NCBI GenBank assembly: GCA_002633005.1
Contig: NMRA01000330.1
Span: 124,001-188,000 of the forward strand
DNA length: 64,000 bases
Source: Phoronis australis
Lineage: Eukaryota > Animalia > Phoronida
Direction of reading: 5' to 3'
Made by a program: the position numbers and the translations under genes. The notes under the pieces were generated by a model that worked only from the letters and a program-made list of their open reading frames with translations, was not told where the DNA came from and did not search any database. Shown here piece after piece: positions 61,793 through 64,000 of this stretch; position 1 is the first letter of the stretch; each line of letters opens with the position of its first letter.

Positions 61793-63685
61793 GCCGGCCC
61801 AGTCCTCTACCCACTGGCACACGTGTTAGAACTGTTCACTGGATTTTAAAAAAATCACCCAAACCCACTGATATCAATTCTCCGTGAAATGAAAAATCCG
61901 ATTGCCGGATTTCAGTGAAAGTTCGACACAAGAGGTATATCATGTGAATGAGCTGGCACCGTTTGATTTTCGAACGGATTAGACCATTGCAGTGCCTTCT
62001 ATTGGCCATTTGGTGTGACATTTTTTCCGGATTAAGTTATAGATAACAGATTGAACTTCCTTGAAGGATTCCAACGACATTTGGAGCTGAGGCACATGAC
62101 GCTCCGGCACCGTTAAGTTTTATGGCGGAGTCAACTAATGTAGCGCTCGATAGTGGCCATGTTGATTTCGACAAGGGGCTTTCAAAGTGTTGTTTGTGGG
62201 AGGAGCGCTTCCGGGTGATATCTCGAGAGCCGATTGACGGATTCTTGGTCATTAGCAGTATGGTACAACCAAAATGTTACCTTTTGGGGCAGAATAAATG
62301 TACTTTTGCGCTATCCAAAATAATTTATTTCAAGAGTATCTTGGGTTTAAATAGCGCAAATAGGGCAAGGGTTAATACCCCGAGAGTTAGGCAAGTGACT
62401 GAATACCCATGGGAATTCCTGACATTGGTTTAGAATCCTTTTCAAGGAAGGAATAAATTGAACATTCATACACCCCATGGTGGGTGGACTTTTCCAACAG
62501 ATGCCGTGTAACTTTCGCAGAAAGCGTAGGTCACGCTTGCCCGCTTACAGAGTATTATTTTGTTTTAGAGAAAATGATGGGAAAGTCATTTTTCGGTATC
62601 TGTCAATAGGCCAAACCCGGATTTGGTATCCTTTTAAAAATGCAAGAACGTACTTAGTTTCGTATTCGTAAGACATGCGGGCACTTTCGCATGCGCATGA
62701 AATCAATAGTACCCGGAGGTTGTTTTCAGTATAGGTACTGCACCACTCAGAGCATCTAATAACCCAAGTATCGTTTACTTTTGCATGCAAAAGTATAAAA
62801 AAATAAACCTGGTCTCGAAATTTCATATATTTTCGTTGTAGTAAACCTTCTGAGTAGTGAACCTTCACAATAGTGGGGCTCAGTCCTCATTTCCAGCGAT
62901 GTAACACGCAAAAATACAACCAGATAAAAATTTCGTAAAGTCATTCTCAGACTAAAGAATTCCGTCCGAGTGCGTATTTAAGCACGCCCGATTTGAAAGT
63001 TTGGCGGAAGGTAACGCGAGAACGTTCTCTTTCTGGGCCACATTGTAGACCCGAATTTGACGCTCCTTTTAAAGTTTGCGAGCAACCGTCGCGTCACGGC
63101 ATCCTCATTTCCGTCTCATCTCAGGAACACAGAGCTGAGAGTCATCATTGTGTATGCAGATTTCCCCTACCCCCAAATTATCAAGTGCGTCAAGGGCCTT
63201 ACTGAAAACTATGCCGGGTCGACCTTTGCAAAATATCAAAGGTCCACCGTTCCAGAAATTCGAACCACTCACTGCTTGGAATGTTGAGCTGATTGTGCAA
63301 AAGTTTTTACTAGTAAATTGGGTTAAGCGTTTACAGGATGGAAACAATACAGAATGAGAAGCCTTTTACAACTACATTAAAAATTGTCACTGAATATACA
63401 CAGCAGGACAGAGTCAATTGTAAACTAGGTAATTTGAAAAAACTAAAGATAATTATATTCATTGATAAAAATATATTTTTTCAGTTGTTTCTATGAGGTA
63501 CGCGTCATTTTTGTAAAAGATCTTTTAGATTTTGAAAATAAATTTCTGTCTTGGGAGGTCCTGAAGGTAAGATAGAAGTTGTCAAATTGGATAAGAGCTT
63601 TGCCTTGAGACAAACGATGAAATTGCAGTCTCCAAATATAGAGAATTCCAAGTCACATTGTATAAAATCTTTAAATAGTAAAACC

Positions 63686-63814
63686 AGTAAAACTAAAATG
63701 ACGAGCGTCGGTACTAAAATATATTAAAATAAATTATCCCCACGTGTCGAGCGATACGTGCGTGGGGATATATTAATATATTTTAGTACCGACGCTCGTC
63801 ATTTTGGTTTTACT
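63686..63814. repeat. Long inverted repeat (foldback hairpin)
   Basis: AGTAAAACTAAAATGACGAGCGTCGGTACTAAAATATATTAA...TATCCCCACG pairs with CGTGGGGATA...TTAATATATTTTAGTACCGACGCTCGTCATTTTGGTTTTACT. Confidence 0.85.
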
Positions 63815-64000
63815 ATTTTATATTTTTATTCGACGGTAACTGCACGGCATTGCAACATCTATTTGATATAAAATCTTTCAAATCAAATCAGCTTGATACC
63901 CAGTATACGAAAAATATTTTACTTTCGAAAATTCCCCCGTCTCTTGATGTAGAATACAGATTGATTGTTCTTTCAGAAAACAAATTAATCAAATCTAAAT

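Noticed and set aside
61316-61887. Cys/Tyr-rich repeat ORFs
   Set aside because: Translations of the 30-bp minisatellite.
62993-63357. Overlapping short ORFs with a possible acceptor at ~63159
   Set aside because: No recognisable domain and no consistent flanking exons.

Overview
AT-rich eukaryotic (invertebrate-like) genomic DNA from a draft assembly, with spliceosomal introns, N gaps and two duplications each joined by a single n. I reconstructed three genes by hand from splice sites and reading phase. (1) The 5' three exons of a minus-strand Ldh_2-family (type 2 malate/L-lactate) dehydrogenase, continuing off the left edge. (2) A complete 11-exon plus-strand gene (16122-31360, 546 aa) that the ORF track shows only as fragments. 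It encodes a signal peptide, two degenerate Kunitz-like repeats, a 21-nt microexon carrying KVKR, a Cry delta-endotoxin domain-I-like helical region, a fibronectin type II domain and a kringle. It looks like an animal secreted pro-toxin in which animal modules replace the Cry receptor-binding domains; this is the main finding. (3) A convergent minus-strand Ly6/three-finger (quiver/sleepless-like) gene whose exons 2-3 appear twice, probably as uncollapsed haplotypes. The rest is transposon debris: a degenerate L1/Tx1 LINE, a Penelope-like remnant with two inverted hammerhead-ribozyme motifs, hAT-like MITEs with 8-bp and 5-bp TSDs, a Kolobok-like MITE, a HINE-like element and several minisatellites. 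Family assignments come from motif recognition by eye; no database searches were run.
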